A DNA stretch of 64,000 nucleotides from Acidimicrobiales bacterium (GTDB lineage: Bacteria; Actinomycetota; Acidimicrobiia; Acidimicrobiales; SZUA-35), in contig JBHJNQ010000024.1 in the NCBI GenBank assembly GCA_050330635.1, forward strand, positions 38,374-102,373, read 5' to 3'. The position numbers and the translations under genes were made by a program. Shown in pieces: positions 1 through 10,897 of this stretch. Numbering within the stretch: position 1 is the first letter of the stretch; each line of letters begins with the position of its first letter. A model generated the notes under the pieces. It saw only the letters and a program-made list of their open reading frames with translations, ran no database searches and was not told the DNA's origin.

Positions 1-408
1 ACCCGGTTCACCGTCGACGCCGGGAGGATCGATTGGGCGCCGGTCCTCCGGGCGATCGTGTCCGCTCGCCGGGCCGGGACGGCGGGCCCCGACCTGGCGT
101 ACTCCTTCCACCTGGCGGTCGCCGAGCTCGTGGTCGAGCTCGCCGCCGAGGCGCGTGCCGACCGGGGCATCGAGCATGTCGTGCTCGCCGGCGGCGTGTT
201 CCAGAACGCCCTGCTAATGTCGATGTGCGTCGATCGGCTGTCGCAGGTGGGTCTCGTCCCGTTGACCCACCGCCTCGTCCCGCCCAACGACGGCGGCCTG
301 GCGCTCGGTCAGGCGTACGTGGCTGCGCATCGCCCGATCGCCGATCCCTCCATTGACCCCGTCGATCGGGGCGCCACCGACCCCATCCCCGCAGAAAGGC
401 CGATCTGA
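1..408 (+). CDS. hypF: Carbamoyltransferase HypF, C-terminal fragment (5' end lies outside the window)
   Basis: The frame is open from base 1. The tail ...AYSFHLAVAE...VVLAGGVFQNALL...NDGGLALGQA matches the HypF C-terminal Kae1-like domain as I recall it, and hypCDE follow directly. Confidence 0.75.
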   Translation, partial: TRFTVDAGRIDWAPVLRAIVSARRAGTAGPDLAYSFHLAVAELVVELAAEARADRGIEHVVLAGGVFQNALLMSMCVDRLSQVGLVPLTHRLVPPNDGGLALGQAYVAAHRPIADPSIDPVDRGATDPIPAERPI

Positions 409-409
409 C

Positions 410-670
410 ATGTGCCTGGCAGTCCCCGGCAGGATCGTCGACGTTCGCGACGAGCGCGGCACTCGCATGGCCACCATCGACTTCGACGGGATCCGGAAGG
501 AGATCTGCCTCGCCTACCTGCCCGACATCGAGGTCGGCGACTACGCCATCGTCCACGTCGGTTTCGCCATCTCCCGGGTCGACGAGGCCTCGGCGCTCGA
601 GACGCTTGCCCTGTTCCGCGAGCTCGGGATCCTCGACGAGGAGCTCGGGGTCACCGGAGGGACGCCATGA
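410..670 (+). CDS. hypC: Hydrogenase maturation chaperone HypC
   Basis: Starts [10 protein letters not shown], the hallmark N-terminal Cys2 motif. About 86 aa. Its stop overlaps the hypD ATG (ATGA). Confidence 0.9.
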   Translation: MCLAVPGRIVDVRDERGTRMATIDFDGIRKEICLAYLPDIEVGDYAIVHVGFAISRVDEASALETLALFRELGILDEELGVTGGTP

Positions 671-1782
671 GGTACCTCGACGAGTTCCGTGACCCGGAGC
701 TGGCACAGCGCCTGTTCGCCGAGATCGGGCGCGTCACCACCAGGTCGTGGGCGATCATGGAGGTGTGCGGGGGGCAGACGCATTCGATCATCCGCAATGG
801 GATCGACCAGCTCCTCCCGGACCGGATCGAGCTGATCCACGGGCCCGGTTGTCCCGTGTGCGTCACGCCGCTGGGCATGATCGACAAGGCGCTCGAGATC
901 GCCTCGAGGCCGGGGGTGATCTTCTGTTCGTTCGGCGACATGCTTCGCGTGCCCGGGAGCGAGCGGGACCTGTTCCAGGTCAAGAGCCTCGGCGGCGACG
1001 TGCGCGTCGTCTACTCACCCCTCGACGCGGTGGCGCTCGCCGAACAGCATCCCGATCGGCAGGTGGTGTTCTTCGCCATCGGTTTCGAGACCACTGCGCC
1101 GGCCAACGCCATGGCCGTGCACCTGGCCGCCCGGCGTGGCCTCGCCAACTTCTCCGTGCTCGTCAGCCAGGTGCTGGTGCCACCGGCGATCGCCGCCATC
1201 GCCCGGTCGCCCCTCAGCCGGGTCGACGGGTTCCTCGCCGCCGGTCACGTCTGCTCGGTGATGGGCACGTGGCAGTACGAGCCGCTCGTCGAGGAGTTCG
1301 GACTGCCGATCGTGGTGACCGGATTCGAACCGCTCGACGTGCTCGACGGGATCCGGCGTGTGGTGGTGCAACTCGAAGCCGGCGAGGCGAGGCTCGACAA
1401 CGCCTACCGGCGGGTCGTCAGTGACGAGGGCAACGTGGCGGCCCAGCGCATGATCGAAGATGTGTTCGAGACCTGCGATCGCCAGTGGCGCGGCATCGGC
1501 GAGATCGCCGCCAGCGGCTGGCGGCTCTCCGCCCGCTACGCCGCGTTCGACGCCGAACGACGGTTCGAGGTCGGCGAGCTCCATACCCCGGAGTCGGCCC
1601 TGTGTCGCAGCGGCGAGGTGCTGCAGGGGCTGATCAGGCCGAACCACTGCGCCGCGTTCGGGATCGAGTGCACGCCTCGCACCCCACTCGGGGCCACGAT
1701 GGTGTCGAGCGAGGGGGCGTGCGCCGCCTACTTCCAGTACCGCCGACTCGCCCCGTTGCCGGTGCGGATCGACGCTGGTTGA
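667..1782 (+). CDS. hypD: Hydrogenase maturation protein HypD
   Basis: [11 protein letters not shown]..., plus the motifs CGGQTH and [10 protein letters not shown] typical of HypD. Sits between hypC and hypE. Confidence 0.92.
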   Translation: MRYLDEFRDPELAQRLFAEIGRVTTRSWAIMEVCGGQTHSIIRNGIDQLLPDRIELIHGPGCPVCVTPLGMIDKALEIASRPGVIFCSFGDMLRVPGSERDLFQVKSLGGDVRVVYSPLDAVALAEQHPDRQVVFFAIGFETTAPANAMAVHLAARRGLANFSVLVSQVLVPPAIAAIARSPLSRVDGFLAAGHVCSVMGTWQYEPLVEEFGLPIVVTGFEPLDVLDGIRRVVVQLEAGEARLDNAYRRVVSDEGNVAAQRMIEDVFETCDRQWRGIGEIAASGWRLSARYAAFDAERRFEVGELHTPESALCRSGEVLQGLIRPNHCAAFGIECTPRTPLGATMVSSEGACAAYFQYRRLAPLPVRIDAG

Positions 1783-1785
1783 CCG

Positions 1786-2859
1786 TTGGCCGAGCCCGCT
1801 TCCCACCCTGACTTCGAGAACTGGTCGTGCCCGCTGCCCCTGCGCGACCACGATCGGGTGGTGATCGGGCACGGCGGCGGCGGCAAGCTGTCGGCCGAGC
1901 TCGTCGAGCACCTCTTCCTCCCGGCGTTCGGCGGCGACGAAGCGACCGAGCTGCACGATGCGGCCACGCTCCAGGTCGGGTCCGGGGGCGGGCGGTTGGC
2001 GTTCTCGACCGACTCCTACGTCGTGCGACCCCTGTTCTTCCCCGGTGGCTGCATCGGTGATCTGGCGGTTCACGGCACCATCAACGACGTCTCGATGAGC
2101 GGTGCGGTACCGATCGCGCTGAGCGCCGGTTTCATCATCGAGGAGGGGCTCGAGCTGGCCGTGCTCGGGGCGATCGCCGAGCGGATGGGCGCCGCGGCAC
2201 GCGTCGCCGGGGTTCCGATCGTCACGGGTGACACCAAGGTCGTCGATGCGGGGCAGGCCGACGGCCTGTACGTGAACACGGCCGGCGTCGGCGTCATACC
2301 GGACGGTGTCGACATCAGGCCGTCGCGGGCCACTCCCGGCGATGTGGTGATCGTGTCGGGCCCGATCGGGATGCACGCTGTCGCCGTCATGTCGCGGCGC
2401 GAGGGTCTCGAGTTCGGCACCGAGATCCTCAGCGATTCGGCCCCGCTCAACGGCCTGGTGGCGGCGATGGTGGCGGCGTGTCCCGACCTCCACGTGCTGC
2501 GCGATCCCACCCGGGGTGGCCTCGCCGCATCACTGTGCGAGATCGCGGCGTGCGCCCAGGTCGGCGTCGATTTCGAGGAGGCGTCGCTCCCGGTACCACC
2601 GGAGGTGGCGGCGGCATGCTCGTTCCTGGGCCTCGAGGTGATCAACATCGCCAACGAGGGCAAGCTCGTGGCCTTCGTGGCGGCGTCGGACGTGGATGAC
2701 GTGATGACGGCGATGCAACGCCACGAGCACGGGCGGGAGGCACGGGTGATCGGCCGGGTGGTGGACGCCCACCCGGGCGTGGTGGTGGCGCGCACACCGC
2801 TCGGCACGAACCGGGTGGTCGACCTGCCGCTGGGTGAACAGCTACCGAGGATCTGCTGA
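1786..2859 (+). CDS. hypE: Hydrogenase maturation protein HypE (TTG start assumed)
   Basis: AIR-synthase-like body and the characteristic C-terminal ...GEQLPRIC ending (PRIC motif). Confidence 0.92.
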   Translation: MAEPASHPDFENWSCPLPLRDHDRVVIGHGGGGKLSAELVEHLFLPAFGGDEATELHDAATLQVGSGGGRLAFSTDSYVVRPLFFPGGCIGDLAVHGTINDVSMSGAVPIALSAGFIIEEGLELAVLGAIAERMGAAARVAGVPIVTGDTKVVDAGQADGLYVNTAGVGVIPDGVDIRPSRATPGDVVIVSGPIGMHAVAVMSRREGLEFGTEILSDSAPLNGLVAAMVAACPDLHVLRDPTRGGLAASLCEIAACAQVGVDFEEASLPVPPEVAAACSFLGLEVINIANEGKLVAFVAASDVDDVMTAMQRHEHGREARVIGRVVDAHPGVVVARTPLGTNRVVDLPLGEQLPRIC

Positions 2860-3064
2860 GGTCACCGATGAGCCGGCCGCGGATCCGAGGTTGCCCGAGA
2901 CCGAAGGACTACGGGTCGACGTCCTCGAACGGATCCTCGGCGAGAACGAGCGGACCGCCAAGGCCAACCGACACGACTTCCGCGCTGTCGGGGTACGTGT
3001 CGTCAACGCGATGTCGTCGCCCGGCGCGGGCAGGACGACCCTGCTGGGAGGAATCAGCCGGTGA
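2834..3064 (+). pseudogene. hypB: Truncated hypB remnant (N-terminal 76 codons only; P-loop Lys replaced by Arg)
   Basis: VLERILGENERTAKANR...VVNAMSSPGAGRTTLL resembles the HypB N-terminus and Walker A (normally GxGKTTLL). The ORF stops 8 codons later, where the convergent SDR gene ends. Confidence 0.6.
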
Positions 3065-3890
3065 ACCAGCCACCGTCGGGGTGGATCAGCTCGCCCGTCA
3101 CATAGCTGGCCTCGTCGCTGGCCAGGAACAGGGCCACGTTGGCGATCTCGGCCGGCGTGCCCTTACGGCCCATCGGGGTGTTGCCGAGGATCAACTGGTT
3201 GTACTCGTCGATCTGATCGAGCACGGCCGTCATGTTGGTCTCGATGAAGCCGGGGCCGATGGCGTTGACCCGGATCCCGAGGGGGGCCAGCGTGCGGGAG
3301 GCGTTCTTGGTCAGCATCCACACCCCGGCCTTCGACACGGGGTAGCTGGGTGAGCCCCACAGGGGATCGACGGCGGCGATGGAGGCGATGGTGACGATCG
3401 AACCCGGCCGGTCCTGCGCCAGCATGACCGAAGCCGTGGCCTGGATGGCGAGGAGGGTGCCGGTGAGGTTGACGTCGAGGACGCGGCGCCAGTCGTCGAG
3501 ATCGAGCTCGGTAAGCGCGGCCGCCGGGTTGACCGCGCTGGCCTCGGCGGCCTGCTGGAACCGCTTGAGCCCCCCCTCGAGGTCGCCCGAGGTGTAGTCG
3601 CCGCTGCTGACCCCGGCCGCCGTGACCACCACGTCGATGGTGCCGTAGCGCTCGACGGCGGCGTCGGCCATGGCCCGGTTCGCCTCCTGGCTGGCCGCCT
3701 CGAGCTCGACGTAGCAGGCGTCGCCGCCGGCCTCGTTGATGGCGTCGACCGCGGCCTGGCCCGGCTCGGCCAGCAGGTCGGCGATCACGATCATGGCCCC
3801 TTCGGCCGAGAACCGCTCGGCGCACGCCCGCCCGATGCCGTTGCTGCCCCCGGTGACCACGGCCACCTTCCCGTCGAGTCGTCCACCCAT
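3054..3890 (-). CDS. SDR family oxidoreductase
   Basis: KVAVVTGGSNGIGRA Rossmann motif, the YxxxK region (YPVSKAG) and an IRVNAIGPG segment. Start taken at MGGRLDGK. Confidence 0.85.
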   Translation of the reverse strand: MGGRLDGKVAVVTGGSNGIGRACAERFSAEGAMIVIADLLAEPGQAAVDAINEAGGDACYVELEAASQEANRAMADAAVERYGTIDVVVTAAGVSSGDYTSGDLEGGLKRFQQAAEASAVNPAAALTELDLDDWRRVLDVNLTGTLLAIQATASVMLAQDRPGSIVTIASIAAVDPLWGSPSYPVSKAGVWMLTKNASRTLAPLGIRVNAIGPGFIETNMTAVLDQIDEYNQLILGNTPMGRKGTPAEIANVALFLASDEASYVTGELIHPDGGWFTG

Positions 3891-4271
3891 CGATCCATCC
3901 TCCTCATCGGCCCGACGGCCATCTCGACCGGTCCGCCGTCGACGTCCGGACCATCTCCAGCGGAGAGTCTCGCCGCCGAGGGCGATGGGCGCCACCGGAG
4001 ACCGACTCGAGGGGTCTGCTGCAGATGCTCCTGTACCGGACCGTGCTCGATCGGCTCGCCCCCGATGCGGTCGTGACCGGGGCCGCCGGTCCCCCCACCA
4101 TCGCCCCCGGCACCCTGCGCTCGTGGGTGAGACGGCTCATCGGCGCCGCCGACTTCGACGCTGCGACACAAATCGACTACCCGGCACCGGGCAAGGCTGA
4201 CGACGAGCCGGGCCGGCGCGCCACACGTCACCGCTCGACGACACCGGGTCGGTTCGGTTGGGCGTTCGTGG

Positions 4272-6068
4272 TCACCGGCGGCGGAGATCGGCGCTGCGGT
4301 CGACCACCCGACCCCGCGTCATCAGGGTCGCCACCCGATCGTCGGCGGCCAGCACGGCCCGGGTCTGCTGGTAGCCGGCCTCGATGGCGGGCCGGGCCCG
4401 GGCGAAGTCGAACATGCCGACGCCTTCGAGCTCGTGACACACATGGATGTCGCCCTCGACAAGGTCAGCGGCTCCACCGCCGAGGGCGGTGAGGCGATAC
4501 AGGAGCTTGACCAGCGTCGGTGTCTGACGTCGTCGCCCGACGCGGTGCCACAGCGACCGCCAGCCGCTGACGATGCCGTCGGGCGGGAGCTCGACGGTCA
4601 TCATCGGCTCGTTGCGGCGACCGACGTCGGAGCTGATGATCGTGGCCCCGGGATAGAGGAGGCGGGCGGGGGTCACCGGCAGATTGTCGACGACACCCCC
4701 GTCGACGAGGACCGCCTCCCCCTCGATCAGCGGGGGGAACACCCCGGGAACCGCAACCGAGGCCCGCAGGGCCCGCCACAGCGGTCCACGGCGGTGGTAG
4801 CGGACGGTGAGGGTGGTGAGGTCGGCCGACAGGCACATGAGGGGCCGCCACAGGTCCTCGAGGTCGACGTCGATCCCGAACCCGTTCTGGATGGCCTCGG
4901 TGACCCGCCGACCGGAGCTGAGGGCCACGAGGGGGGCGGTGAAGTCGACCAGGCGACCGGCGTCGATCAGGATGGCCGAGCTTCGCTCCACCGCCTCCTC
5001 GGGCGACCAGTCGAGGGCGATGCAGGCGGCGAAGATGGCGCCCGCCGACACCCCGACCACGGCGTCGAGCTCGATCCCCGCCTCGTGGACGGCCCGGTAG
5101 GCGCCCAGGTGGGCCATGCCCCGGGCGCCGCCGCCACCCAGCACCAGCACCCGTTCCCGACCCAGGAGCCGTCGGGCCAGGCGGGCGGCGTCGACCGTCG
5201 ATCCGAGCCGGAGGTGGTGATGGGCGAGCGGGTCGGCGTCGAGCGGTGTCGGGGCCAGGGCCGGGCGGAGGAGGCGACGGGTTCCGGCGGGAACGACGGT
5301 CCGATCGGGGTGCACCACGATCAGGTCGGTGAGGCCGTCGGGGAGGTGGGCCGGGGCGGCACCGATCCGGGCCACCGCCACCACCCGGTCGAACAGGGGG
5401 ACGAGGGTTGCCACGTCGGCCCGGGGAACGGCGACGACCACCACGTCGTGGTCGACCTCGAGACCGGCCAGCTCGTCGAGGCGGTCGGCGCCGAGTCGGG
5501 CCACGTCGGCCCCGCCGTCGGCCAGGGCCGAGACGAGCACGTCGACCACGGGGACGACCGCCGGATCGTCACCGCCGACCACGGCCATCACCGCGGCGTG
5601 ACCGGCGGCGTCGCCCCGTCCCCGCAGGGTGTTGTCGAGGCGGGCCACCAGTTGGCGGGTCAGCGACCGGTGGGCCTCGGGGTGGTCGGCCAGCACGGCG
5701 GCGAAGTCGGCGGAACGGACGACGAGCACGACCGACGGGCGGCGGGCGGTGACGGTGGCGGATCGGGGGGCGCCGGTGATGAGCGACATTTCCCCCACCG
5801 TCTCGTCCCGCCCGATCGTGCCCACCGCCCGCCCCCCGACCGACGCCGTCAACCGACCCGTCACGATCAGGAAGGCGGCGTCGCCCGGGGAGCCCTCCTC
5901 CACGAGGACCTCGCCCGGGGCCAGGGCCCGCATTCTGGCCCCGACGGCCAGGCGGGCCCGGACCTCCAACGGCAACGAGGCCGTGAGGGGATGTCCGGCC
6001 AGCACCTCCGCCGGATCGGGAAGGGCCGGGGCGTCGTCGGCGGCGGCGTCGGGGCGCTCGCTGGTCAT
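4272..6068 (-). CDS. Cyclic-nucleotide-binding domain / patatin-like phospholipase fusion (NTE-like)
   Basis: N-terminal cNMP-binding fold (GEVLVEEGSPGDAAFLIVTGRL...GEMSLITGAPRSATV). C-terminal patatin motifs GGGGARG and GVSAGA. ATG at 6068 (MTSERPD). Confidence 0.85.
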   Translation of the reverse strand: MTSERPDAAADDAPALPDPAEVLAGHPLTASLPLEVRARLAVGARMRALAPGEVLVEEGSPGDAAFLIVTGRLTASVGGRAVGTIGRDETVGEMSLITGAPRSATVTARRPSVVLVVRSADFAAVLADHPEAHRSLTRQLVARLDNTLRGRGDAAGHAAVMAVVGGDDPAVVPVVDVLVSALADGGADVARLGADRLDELAGLEVDHDVVVVAVPRADVATLVPLFDRVVAVARIGAAPAHLPDGLTDLIVVHPDRTVVPAGTRRLLRPALAPTPLDADPLAHHHLRLGSTVDAARLARRLLGRERVLVLGGGGARGMAHLGAYRAVHEAGIELDAVVGVSAGAIFAACIALDWSPEEAVERSSAILIDAGRLVDFTAPLVALSSGRRVTEAIQNGFGIDVDLEDLWRPLMCLSADLTTLTVRYHRRGPLWRALRASVAVPGVFPPLIEGEAVLVDGGVVDNLPVTPARLLYPGATIISSDVGRRNEPMMTVELPPDGIVSGWRSLWHRVGRRRQTPTLVKLLYRLTALGGGAADLVEGDIHVCHELEGVGMFDFARARPAIEAGYQQTRAVLAADDRVATLMTRGRVVDRSADLRRR

Positions 6069-6374
6069 GGGTCGCCCCGGGCCACCGGGGTCACCCCCTG
6101 AGATCGTCGAGCAGCGACGGGTCACCGAAGGTCTGGCGTTCGCCCCGGTCGACCGGAAGACCGTTGGGACCGAGCTCGCCGAAACCCAACGCCAGGGCGG
6201 CGGCAGCTCCCGGAGCTCCAACCGCCTGTGTGGTCCGGACCCCCGGGAAACCATCCATCGACCATCGAGCGTAGACCACGGCACCGCCTGGACGACGGCC
6301 GAACATGCGGGCGACGGACCGGCGGTCACCCGGCTCCGCTCGAGCGCCGGAGGGACGCGACTGCCGACCCGACG

Positions 6375-7381
6375 GTGCGGGTCGCCGATAGCGTCGAGCG
6401 GGTGGTACCCGTCAGCCGAGTCGAGGAACCTTCGGTAGAAGAGGCGGTCGAGCGGCTGGACGACGTTGCGGTCCGGCGGTTGCTGGTGACCGCGGCGGAG
6501 GCCCACGAGGACGTCGGCCGGGCGGTTCGGCTGGCCGCCGCCGGCGACGGGGAGCGCCTCAGCGTGTTGCGGGCCGAAGTCGATCGCGGCCTGCGCCCAC
6601 GCCGGCACCTCGGGTACCGCGAGTCGTCGGCGTGGGCGCGGGAGGCCGCCCCGGTGGTGGACGCCCTCACCGAGGCGGTCGCCACCGAGCCCTCCCCCCA
6701 AGCTGGTCGTGCTGTTGGAGCGCCCCCTCGGGCACCTCGTGAAGGTGATCCTGCGGGCCGATGACTCCGACGGCATCATCGGTGATCTCGCCCGACGCGT
6801 CCTCGACCTGCACCGAATCAGCCGCGCGTCCGGTGCGGCCGACCCGGTCAAGCTGGCCCGATGGATGGTCCGCTGACGCCGACGGTGTGTTGGCTCTGCG
6901 GCGGGAGCAGCACCGGCGGACGCCGATCTTTGCGACCTACGCCTTGTTGCAGGCGGCGGCGCGTGCCCAGGACATCTGGGACGTCGAGCGCTCCGAGGCC
7001 CGCCACGTCCTCGCCTCCAGCAACCTTCGCGCCCTCATCGACGCCCTGCTCGCCGACGGGGACATCGACGAAGCCTGGTCCCTGGCGACGGCCGGGGACG
7101 GAACGCCCGATGGTTCGCAATGGAAACGCCTGGCCGAGGCGAGGGAACCCACCGACCCCTCCGGCGCACTGGATGTGTACCTTCGGCTGGCCGACGATGC
7201 GTTGGTCGTCACCGGCAAGGGTGCCTACCGCGAGGCGGTCCGACATCTCACCGCCGCCCACCGGGCCGCCACCGCAGCCGGACGCCTCGCTGATCTCGGC
7301 ACCAGGATCACGGACCTGCGCCAGCAGCACCGCCGCCGACCCACCCTCATCGCCATGCTCGACAAGGCCGGGCTCCGGTGA
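6375..7381 (+). pseudogene. Conserved actinobacterial hypothetical protein, interrupted by two +1 frameshifts
   Basis: The sensible protein runs through three frames: ...LTEAVATEPSP | KLVVLLERPLGHLVKVILRADDSDGIIGDLARRVLDLH...KLARWMVR* | ADADGVLALRREQ...RRRPTLIAMLDKAGLR. The shifts sit at the C6 run 6694-6699 and near 6874. Confidence 0.55.
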
Positions 7382-7522
7382 GCGGGTCCTCGCCCGGATA
7401 GCCCACCGCGACGGTGTGGGCGATGACGAGGTGAGGCTCAGCCGACGGCTCTGAGCGCCGGCATCCAGGATCCTTCGAATGGCGGTGCGCGAGGCCACGG
7501 ATTCGGATCTCGACAGTCACCA

Positions 7523-7542
7523 CCCCGGGCTCCCCGGGGTTT
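7523..7542 (+). terminator. GC hairpin followed by TTT (candidate intrinsic terminator)
   Basis: ccccggg-ctc-cccgggg, a 7-bp stem, followed by ttt, downstream of the 6375..7381 gene. Confidence 0.3.
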
Positions 7543-7590
7543 AGGGTCTGGGGTGCAGGTAGACGAGGATGGAGCGAAGGAGATCGCGTC

Positions 7591-8388
<798 letters not shown>

Positions 8389-8404
8389 GTCCGAGGCCGC
8401 TCAA

Positions 8405-8439
8405 TGGTCAGTGGTCAGTGGTCAGTGGTCAGTGGTCAG
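8405..8439. repeat. Heptanucleotide tandem repeat (TGGTCAG)x5 between convergent genes
   Basis: Five perfect units. The last unit contains the TCA (TGA on the minus strand) stop of the dehydrogenase gene at 8436-8438. Confidence 0.95.
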
Positions 8440-9776
8440 GCCCCGGGGAAGCCGACGCCCACGTAGTTGGCGAAGTCGCCGGGCTCGAGGAAGCGACGCC
8501 CGTCGACCACCAGCGGGGAGGTGTCGCCCAGATGTTTGGCCAGCGACCCGTACTCCGGCCATGAGGTGACGAGCACGACGGCATCGGCCCCGGCCAGGGC
8601 GATGCCGAGGTCGGCCTCGTAGCTCAGCCCGTCGCCCAGCTCGGCCCGGGCCGGGTCGAGGGCGATCGGGTCGTGGAGCACCACCTCGTAGCCGGCGTCG
8701 ACCAGGGGCGGGACGACCCGCAGCGTCGGCGACTCACGGATGTCGTCGGTGCCGGGTTTGAAGGCGGCACCGAGCACGGCGACCCGGGCCGGCGCCGCCA
8801 GGCGCGAGGTCACCATCTCCACCAGGCGTGCCGGCTGGTGCTCGTTGACCGCAAGGGCCCCCCGCAGCACGGGCATGGCCACCCCGGCCGCCTCGGCGTG
8901 GGCGGCGAGCGCCTTCACGTCCTTGGGGAAACAGCTGCCACCGAACCCACAACCGGCGTAGAGGTAGGTGAGCATGGCGGGCCGGACCCGGGCCCCGGCG
9001 GCGACCGGTTCGGCCACGAGGGGAGAGAAGCGGTGGTCGAGGTGCACGCCGGCGAGGACGTCGGTCACGTCGACCCCCACCGCCGCCGACATGTTGCCGA
9101 TCTCGTTGGAGAACGAGATCAGGGTGGCCAGCAGCGAGTTGGCCGTGTACTTGATCATCTCGGCCGTGCTCGGCGTGGTGGCGATCACGTCGGTGTCCTC
9201 GAACGGATCGTAGAGCTGGGCCATGACCCGGCGGGTGCGGTCGTCGATACCGCCGACCACGATCCGGTCGGGGTTGAGGAAGTCGGCCACCGCCACCCCC
9301 TCCCGCAGGAACTCGGGGTTCATGCCGACCCCGAAGTCGGCGCCCGCCGACTTGCCCGACGCCGCCTCGAGGATCGGTAGCACCACCGTCTCGGTCGTCC
9401 CCGGCACCACGGTGCTCTTGACCGCCACCACGTGGTAGCCGTCCTTGGTGGCGAGGGCCTCGCCGACGGCCCGGGCCGCGGCCTCGATCTGGGCCAGGTC
9501 GATGCGCTCCTCCCCGAACGGGGTGCCCACGGCGATGAGCGTCATGTCGGTGGCGTGGACGGCCGACACCAGGTCGGTCGTGGCCGAGAAGCGCGGGCCG
9601 AGTACGCCGGTCAGCAGCTCGGGGAGACGGTCCTCGTGGATGGGGCAGTGGCCACCGTTGATGCGATCGACCTTGGCGGCATCGATGTCGACGCACGACA
9701 CCTCGTGGCCCACGTGAGCCAGGCACACGCCGGACACGAGTCCGACGTAGCCGGTGCCGATGACGGAGAGCTTCAT
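8436..9776 (-). CDS. ugd: UDP-glucose/nucleotide-sugar 6-dehydrogenase
   Basis: MKLSVIGTGYVGLVSGVCLA Rossmann start, GMNPEFLREG, catalytic Cys region GFGGSCFPKD. Confidence 0.9.
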   Translation of the reverse strand: MKLSVIGTGYVGLVSGVCLAHVGHEVSCVDIDAAKVDRINGGHCPIHEDRLPELLTGVLGPRFSATTDLVSAVHATDMTLIAVGTPFGEERIDLAQIEAAARAVGEALATKDGYHVVAVKSTVVPGTTETVVLPILEAASGKSAGADFGVGMNPEFLREGVAVADFLNPDRIVVGGIDDRTRRVMAQLYDPFEDTDVIATTPSTAEMIKYTANSLLATLISFSNEIGNMSAAVGVDVTDVLAGVHLDHRFSPLVAEPVAAGARVRPAMLTYLYAGCGFGGSCFPKDVKALAAHAEAAGVAMPVLRGALAVNEHQPARLVEMVTSRLAAPARVAVLGAAFKPGTDDIRESPTLRVVPPLVDAGYEVVLHDPIALDPARAELGDGLSYEADLGIALAGADAVVLVTSWPEYGSLAKHLGDTSPLVVDGRRFLEPGDFANYVGVGFPGA

Positions 9777-10897
9777 CGTTCGTCCTGCTGTTCGTACCAG
9801 ATCAGGGCCCGTTCGAGGCCGTCGTCGATGCCGACCTCGGGCTCGTAGCCGAGGAGGGAGCGGGCCTTGTCGATGACGGGGCACCGCCGGTTGGGGTTGT
9901 CGGTGAGGTACTCGGGGTCGTCGGAGGTTTCGAGCACCACCCGACCGTCGTAGTCGAAGAGCTTGCGACCGAGTTCGGTGACCCGCTCGGCCAGCTCCCG
10001 CATCGAGATCTCCGGCCGGTCGGTGCCGACGTTGAACGACTCGCCGGGATACCGGGCGCTGTTGCCGAGGATCAGGTAGTAGCCGGTGACGGCGTCGGCC
10101 ACGTAGCAGAACGTGCGGGTGGCCGACCCGTCGCTCAGCAGCACCACGTCGCGGCCGTTGAGGACGTCACGGGCGAAGTCGGGCAGGACCCGCCCGTCGT
10201 CGATCCGCAGGCCAGGGCCGTAGTTGTTGAACGGGCGGATGATCCCGATCGGCAGGTCGTACTGGCGGGCGAAGTTGACGCACAGGGTCTCCCCGTAGCG
10301 CTTCGACTCGTCGTAGCAGGCCCGGGGGCCGGTGCAGCTGACGGAGCCCCGGTAGGTCTCGTCGGTCGGTATGCGGTCGGGGTCGGGGTCGCCGTAGATC
10401 TCGCTGGTGGAGAAGAAGGCGAATCCCTTCACCGGGTGGTCGGCGGTGGCCCGGTCCTTCAGGTGGTCGAGGAGCATGCGGAGGCCGTCGACGTTGGCGT
10501 CCATCGTCTCGATCGGGTACTGGCGGTAGTAGATGGGCGAGGCGACCGAGGCGGCATGGATGATCCAGTCGAAGCGGGGCTCCCCCTCCGGCATGGGGTC
10601 GAGCACGCTGCGGGTCACGATCCGCAGGGCCGGGTCGTCGAGTGAACCGAGCCAGTCGGGCACCCCCCGCAGGAAGTTGTCGTGGACGCTGACCCGCACC
10701 GGATCCCGGCTCGGGTTGGCGGCGTTCCACGCCAGCGGGGCCTGCACCAGGTAGTAGCCGAGGAAGCCGGCCCCGCCGGTGATGAGCAGGTCGTCGCCGC
10801 TCATGGCGGAGAAGACGGCGTCGAGACGCCTGGTCAGCGACGCCAGGTCCTCGCCGACGATGTCTCGGGGGGTGGTGGGCGCGTCGGTGGCGGTCAT
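9773..10897 (-). CDS. NAD-dependent epimerase/dehydratase (UDP-glucuronate decarboxylase-like)
   Basis: ITGGAGFLGYYL, YDESKRYGE (YxxxK). Its stop overlaps the ugd start (ATGA), so the two form an operon. Confidence 0.85.
   Translation of the reverse strand: MTATDAPTTPRDIVGEDLASLTRRLDAVFSAMSGDDLLITGGAGFLGYYLVQAPLAWNAANPSRDPVRVSVHDNFLRGVPDWLGSLDDPALRIVTRSVLDPMPEGEPRFDWIIHAASVASPIYYRQYPIETMDANVDGLRMLLDHLKDRATADHPVKGFAFFSTSEIYGDPDPDRIPTDETYRGSVSCTGPRACYDESKRYGETLCVNFARQYDLPIGIIRPFNNYGPGLRIDDGRVLPDFARDVLNGRDVVLLSDGSATRTFCYVADAVTGYYLILGNSARYPGESFNVGTDRPEISMRELAERVTELGRKLFDYDGRVVLETSDDPEYLTDNPNRRCPVIDKARSLLGYEPEVGIDDGLERALIWYEQQDER

Noticed and set aside
1015-2493. The 492-aa minus ORF opposite hypD/hypE. 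Similar long antisense ORFs include 11366..13045, 24210..25835, 24701..26482, 15135..16139, 21974..23869, 48424..49743, 50838..52169, 57540..59189 and 60723..62198.
   Set aside because: All overlap strongly supported genes on the other strand or in another frame. All have the Arg/Gly/Pro/His-rich composition of non-coding frames in high-GC DNA.
4025-4492. A 155-aa plus ORF in the gap between the SDR and patatin genes
   Set aside because: Its 3' half overlaps the patatin gene's 3' end and is Arg/Pro-rich. There is no RBS and no recognisable motif. The first ~60 codons are ambiguous, so I leave it uncalled.
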